Shown: piece by piece, positions 58,507 to 64,000 of the stretch
How the letters are laid out: the number at the start of each line of letters is the position of its first letter
Position numbering within the stretch: position 1 is the first letter of the stretch
Source: Asterias rubens
Taxonomy: Eukaryota
Assembly: GCF_902459465.1 (NCBI RefSeq)
Contig: NC_047074.1
Span: 9,982,001 to 10,046,000, forward strand
Direction of reading: 5' to 3'
DNA: 64,000 nucleotides
Translations under genes and position numbers: made by a program
The notes under the pieces: model-generated
What the model saw: the letters and a program-made list of their open reading frames with translations, nothing else
What the model was told of the DNA's origin: nothing
Database searches by the model: none

Positions 58507-61045
58507 GACGTCAGATGCTACGATCTCTTTTAACAATTAAAAACTGTCGAATTCTTGAAGGATTTTTCTGGGTTGAACAAAGAGTTGACTAGGGTGGGAG
58601 TGAACAAAGAATTGACAAGAGTGGGATTCGAACCAACGACCTCCGGATTAACGTGCCAAATTTCTTGAAGGTGATTTAAAGGTATGGTGCAGTGCGGGTA
58701 GTCGTCAGAAGTGATGCACATTTTGTGACGCAGCACCGACTTAAAATTGTGTTCTGCGGTGCCGCATGATTATGGTCCGAGATACAGGATTGCATTTTGG
58801 TGCAAGTAATCCATGCATTGTAACGGAAAGAGGAGATTTTGGCTCATTTGGTCGTTGCTGGGATACATTCAAACCTTATTGTTATCATTTCGTCCAGCCA
58901 AGATGATAGCAGACAGTGAGACCAAATATAATATTAATACCAAAATACAACCTTCCTCACAGTTCACTTGTGTTCATTCTGACTGCGTCTTTAGATTGTT
59001 AAGGTGTAGCAAACCATATCATTGTAATTCACACCAACGAATTATTTTAGTCAGGCCTAATAAACCGGGAGATAACCAAACCACTGAGGCGATCGGTCTT
59101 CTTTTCAGGTTTTATGAAGCATACACAATTGAGTGGTCGAAGAAACCGGTGGCATAGGAAACTACTCAAGGGAGATAAATTGACCTGTGTTTTGTATCCA
59201 GCCAGTTGATTTGACTTAATATATTTGTACCTGTATTGAGAGCGGCTATTTCCAAAGGCTATACAGTTTCCCATTGAAACTCAATGTAAAACACATACTA
59301 CCAAATACGGATCCGCCATTTTGACTGTTGATTTCGTTACTACCCAAGGTTCGAAGGCAATCACGCCAAGCTAGGACCGAGCTAAGTGAAAGATCATACG
59401 TTAGTGTAGTGCATCCACGAATTTTCCACGAATTTGACTTCGATACCTCAGACTTAGAATTTGAGGTCTCGATCAAGCCTCTGAAAGCACACAACTTCGT
59501 TTGGCAAGAGTGTATTTTCTTTCATTACATATTACCTCGCAACTTTGACTACCAATTGAGCTCAAACTTTCACAGTTTTGTTATGAGCACATAAGTTGAG
59601 ATACAGCAAGTGATGAGGAGACTGGTCTATGACAATTACCAATAGTGTCCAGTGTCTTTCACTTAAATATTGCCCCTGCATTTAGAACACAGTCTTTCCC
59701 GAAGGTCTAACATATTGAATTTGCCATTCAAACCATTGATAAAACAGCATAGTTTCAGCAAATACAACTCATTTGAAGTGCTACCAATAAACACCTTCAC
59801 AGTCTGAACGGAATGACGGACCCGCCATTTTGATCGTTTATTGCGATGTGGTTGGTTCGTAAGCAATCACACCACAGCTGGTAACCGAGTTAATTGAAGT
59901 CAGAAATTGTAGTTATTCGTGATTGTCATATATCATGGTCGCCTGCCAATGTCCACCACAATCCCAATGTTAGTTTAACGGCATGCGCTGGTATATGAGC
60001 GCCCTCTATTGCTATTTATAGCTTGAGTGTTCGTTTGCATCCAGCATGTGGTGCGGATGATCTATTAAATGATAATGAGCAAATAGTCTGGTTCCAAGAC
60101 CCATAAATCTCCGACTAGGCGCGTCGAATTTAGGGTCCGGTATCACCCAAAATCACGTTACCAAAAAGGAGGAATTCCTCCTTTTTTAGAAGTTATCCGA
60201 AATGATCCGAACGTGTTGTCGTCATCATTCGGACAGTATCATTGATGGTCGGTATGGGATCATAATGTCAGTCCTGTCGCCGTAGATCCAGGAGTTTTTA
60301 TGCCAGCTATTGTTATTTAAAGCCATGCAGGCGTTGTGCCTAAATAAAACGTGTGCAAAGCGATGCGACAAGTCCAAAATATATAAACCTGGGAAATCGC
60401 TCCGGGATCTGGTAAGTTTTTGTCCTTTTTCTTCAAAAATATTTTTTCAAAGGTGTTTTGAATTAAGTTTCATGATTTTTTAAAGTGGTAAAAATGGGGC
60501 AAATCTGGTGACTAGCTGTCGAAATTATACGTGTTGAACCAGACTGCCATTAAAATAATTGCCGATCAAAATAATCTCGTAACCCTCCGGCCTGGCGGCC
60601 GTCGGGAGGAGGGATACTTTATCGCAACTAGTGCAGACATGGTTCCCCTGGAGATGACCCCCGACCCTGTCAAGTTGCGTCATGCTCTATTTTTAACCGT
60701 GGGTGATACCTGACCTAAGATTTGTAACAAGAGACGTCAAGGAATCTTTGGTCATGGGACCAGACTAATGAGCAAATTGGTGCGCCCTCTACAGTTTGTC
60801 GAGTAGAGGCAGTTTTGACAGTGCATCATGGGAAAACGCCAGAATATTAATTGAATCGCCTATTAGCGTATGAACTGCGTATTATTTGGTTATGGCGACA
60901 TTTTCTAGGCTGGTGAAAGCTTTTCTGAATTGTGTTTCTCATGTGTTTTGGAGACATAAAACGATACTTTGTTTTGTGAGGCTGATGAATGTTTTTAAAT
61001 TCTATTATTTTAGCAGTAAGGGTCCGAAATTGAGCGACTGCTGAT

Positions 61046-61258
61046 TTCCAAAAAGATTGATTTTGTAAACCACTTTTTCGAAATGTGTTTCTCCGAAGTA
61101 AGCATCAATTGCAATGCGCCTAAACTTTCTATTATTTCAACAACTATCGGTCCACAATTGGCCGTATGCATGATTTTCAAAAAGATTGATTTTGTAAACC
61201 ACTTTTTCGAAATGTGTTTCTCCGAAGTAAGCATACAATGCAATGCGCCTAAACTTTT
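61046..61258. repeat. Direct duplication of ~85 bp, period 129
   Basis: AAAAAGATTGATTTTGTAAACCACTTTTTCGAAATGTGTTTCTCCGAAGTAAGCAT...GCAATGCGCCTAAACTTT occurs twice. Confidence 0.9.
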
Positions 61259-61431
61259 TTTCGAAAATTGAAAACCGTAAGATTTTTAGAAAGTCTTTTT
61301 AAAAGTTTACATGTCCTTGATATGGTGCGGTGCAGTAAGCAGTAAGTTGGGACGCCTGCGTAAAATATGTTGACAACAAAATGAGAAATCCATGTTGAGT
61401 AGTTACTGCGGTAACGTACAAGCATGGTTAT

Positions 61432-61817
61432 TATAGATGTTAAATTTGCATCGGGGATAAAGAATATTAATTTTGGTTTTCACCCATACACCGATGTGTG
61501 TCAGCACTGCATACTCAGTACGTTCCCGAGTCCTGTGAAATATCACAGGCATGTTACTCGAGGTGGGATTCGAACCCACGACCCTTGCAATTCTAGAGCA
61601 GTGTCTTACCAACTAGACTACCGAGATTGCCCGGCAGCTAGAGGCAGTTCAAATCCTATGTTTTTGGCAGCGGGTACCGCAACGATATAATAGATGTTAA
61701 ATTTGCATCGGGGATAAAGAATATTAATTTTGGTTTTTTACCCATACAACGATGTGTGTTAGCACTGTATACCTAGTACTTTCCCGAGTCCTGTGAAATA
61801 TCACAGGCGTGTTACTC
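61432..61817 (-). mobile_element. tRNA-core SINE-like element with a partial direct-tandem tail copy at its 5' side
   Basis: Full unit ~61432-61690. A second tail-only copy at 61691-61817 is in the same orientation. Confidence 0.8.
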
Positions 61818-61949
61818 AATTTCATACGTCCAGGACGATAACAGACAGTGAGCCAATCAAATGAGAGTACTGTTTTGCACCAGCGAATCAATAAATAAAA
61901 CCTTATTAATTTTAACATGCCAGAAAACAACCACCAAAGGCAATTGTTC

Positions 61950-62180
61950 TTTTCAGATTAAATGAGGCGCAACACATTCAGTACGTTTTTCATTGTCTGT
62001 TTCAGACAATGTATAACAGTACACCAACCTCCCCTGTATAAATTAATGTAGATAGCAATTACAATTCTTTTTAACCACACGCTAACTGTATCCAGGTCAG
62101 CATTGAGACCAGTTTCGATTTCAGCTGAATTCGTACTGCTGTACATAATTATACTGTCGTCAGCATACATCATTTTTTGA
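61950..62180 (-). mobile_element. LINE reverse transcriptase fragment (CR1/L2-like)
   Basis: MYADDSIIMYS...LNADLDTVSVWL contains the YADD RT motif and the typical downstream L..DL....W segment. Confidence 0.75.
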
Positions 62181-62204
62181 CCTGTAGTTACAGAATTGGG
62201 AGGA

Positions 62205-63190
62205 TCGGTTTCACCTGGGTACGAGTTGACTTGGGAACGAGTTCACTTAGGGTAGGGTTGACTTGGGGAAGAGTTCACTTGGGTGCAAATTGAGTAGGGG
62301 ACGAGTTGACTTGAGTACCATATGATCCGAATTCCCAAGAGGTCAACTCGTGCCACATTAAACTCGTACTCATGCCAAGAGTACGAGTTGTCTGTGGCAC
62401 CTTCATCATGAAGCCCAAGTTTTGCATTGTGTAAGACGAAACCCTGTGTCCCTATATATGGGCATTAATCCTGTGGGCAAAGGATGACACAATATCCACG
62501 TCAAAGTTGGCCCTATATTTCATCACAGGGCATCTAAAACGCCAAATTTTCCCCGGCCCTTAATCGGGCCCGCACCTCGAGCCGTAAAGGCTTCTCACAC
62601 GCATGCTCCATCGTTGACAGATTTGCACCTCCCCCTTGAAAGAGTGGAAGGGAGGGGTACCCCACCCCACCCCACCCCATTTTCGAAGGGTGGGGGACAC
62701 AGTATCAATGTTCCCCGTGTCGTTTGACCACCTTTATCATGAAAATCGTGTTTTGCACTGTGGAACTGTGGAGCACTGGAACACAATATTCACACAGCTC
62801 ATTGTTCTGTTTTGTTTGCCATTTGGCCGCTATATGGCCTAAAGATTGCACCTCAGAGCATCTAAAAAATACAAAATTTTCCCGGGCCCTTGAGCGGGCC
62901 CGATTCCATGCCGTAAAGGTTTCACACTCACGTGCTCACTATTTCCCCCCAAAACTTGGCATTAAATTCCAACATCTGAGAGGGGGGAACATCACCCCTC
63001 AGATTCACTAGATTGCACCAGAGAGCATCTACGGGCTTAACAAAATTCCGGGGCCCTAAAGCGGGCCCCGGACCCACGCCGTAAACGTTATGTCCCCCCA
63101 CCTTTCAAGACGGATTGACGCCCCTGCCTGACGGAAGAATTCGGATCATATGGTACTCGAATCAACTCGTCCCCTACTCAATTTGTACTA
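62205..63190. repeat. Nested MITE-like complex: short GGGTACGAGTTGACTT-type subrepeats, a ~55-bp inverted pair (62281-62335 / 63137-63190), and three GGGCCCT..AGCGGGCCC hairpin repeats
   Basis: Direct comparison. A CAGGGGCGTC-like end lies on the minus strand at ~63126. Confidence 0.6.
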
Positions 63191-64000
63191 AGACTATAAC
63201 CAGGGCCCAATCATAAAACATGTGAGCAGCCGTTTTGTGCTTATACGGGTCGTCCCTTAGCAGCATTTCTATTTCATAAAGGTATTTACCGTAATCATGG
63301 GTAAATGCTGGCTAAAACCCGCGGTAAGCTCATGAGTGACGTAATGCAAATGCCAATCAATGGTAAACGTACATATTTTTTGTGCGCCTAGAAATGTTCT
63401 GCTAACTTGAGAAATCATGGTGAAACACGTTTATGCTTTTACGCACAGTTTCTGCTACAGTACGTAGCCCTATATGACTCTTTCACTGTGCTGTATAGAC
63501 GATGTGACCTATACAAAACACTGCATACGTCATGTTTCGCCGGGCAAAAAGGCGCGTAGTCGTGGTAAGATTGTATACACTTTCTAGCTGGCTGCCAAAA
63601 ACACAAAGGTTTTGCCCGGCGGTATGCGCGCAAATCATGTTAATGGTTTTCGAGTGACGTCAGAGGTCACATCGTCTATAATACGAAAGTGCAAGGCCAC
63701 CAGAGCTACTACTGTAAAAGCACAACAACTTGCTAACTGGTAAACAAGCTTTATGAAACTGGGTCCAGTTCACGGCCGGGACACACAAGCAATCTTATTG
63801 ACCTGCTTTTTGGGGCCCTGCTATTGTGGTTCTATTATTATTCCCCCTACTGGGAAACATGTCAATACTTCAACGCCGTGTAGTTCAAACATAGAGCAAA
63901 TAAAAGTCCTTTGATCACAAATTTATTTTGTTTTACCCATCACAAAATAGCCATGGCTTTTTTGTGCATTTAATAGCTAAACGCATACATAGTGTACCTC

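Larger units (their letters stand above)
31775..60930 (-). repeat. Segmental tandem array: ~13-kb A-B-C unit twice, plus a partial third unit
   Basis: Offsets B-B' 13006, C-C' 12883 and A-A' ~12950. Long near-identical spacers. Homology ends at ~60925. Confidence 0.92.

Overview
Eukaryotic, intron-rich, repeat-dense genomic DNA. It looks like an invertebrate deuterostome; an echinoderm such as a sea star is my inference from the gene and repeat style, not a verified assignment. Left to right: (1) a complete 4.9-kb DNA transposon (159-5059; 14-bp TIRs, 7-bp TSD, hATw-like) with an intact spliced ~1028-aa DDE transposase that has a decapeptide repeat and a possible Spindlin/Tudor-like C-terminal domain; it lies upstream of the first visible exon of (2) UPF3 (+ strand, 10 coding exons in the window, 5690-15564; exon 1 is outside the window). 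(3) A convergent, complete 9-exon PTGR1-like reductase (- strand, 29463-18645, 327 aa). (4) A ~29-kb tandem array of seven intronless secreted C-type lectin genes (- strand; one pseudogene, six intact). The array is built from a ~13-kb A-B-C unit duplicated, plus a chimeric C/A gene, with patchwork sequence exchange between paralogs and a non-canonical cysteine pattern. Introns and spacers hold TTAA-target Kolobok-like MITEs, other MITEs, a Tc1 derivative, LINE scraps and tRNA-derived SINE-like elements. One SINE-like family shows Penelope-style partial tandem or inverted tail duplications. Family assignments come from motif recognition by eye; no searches were run.
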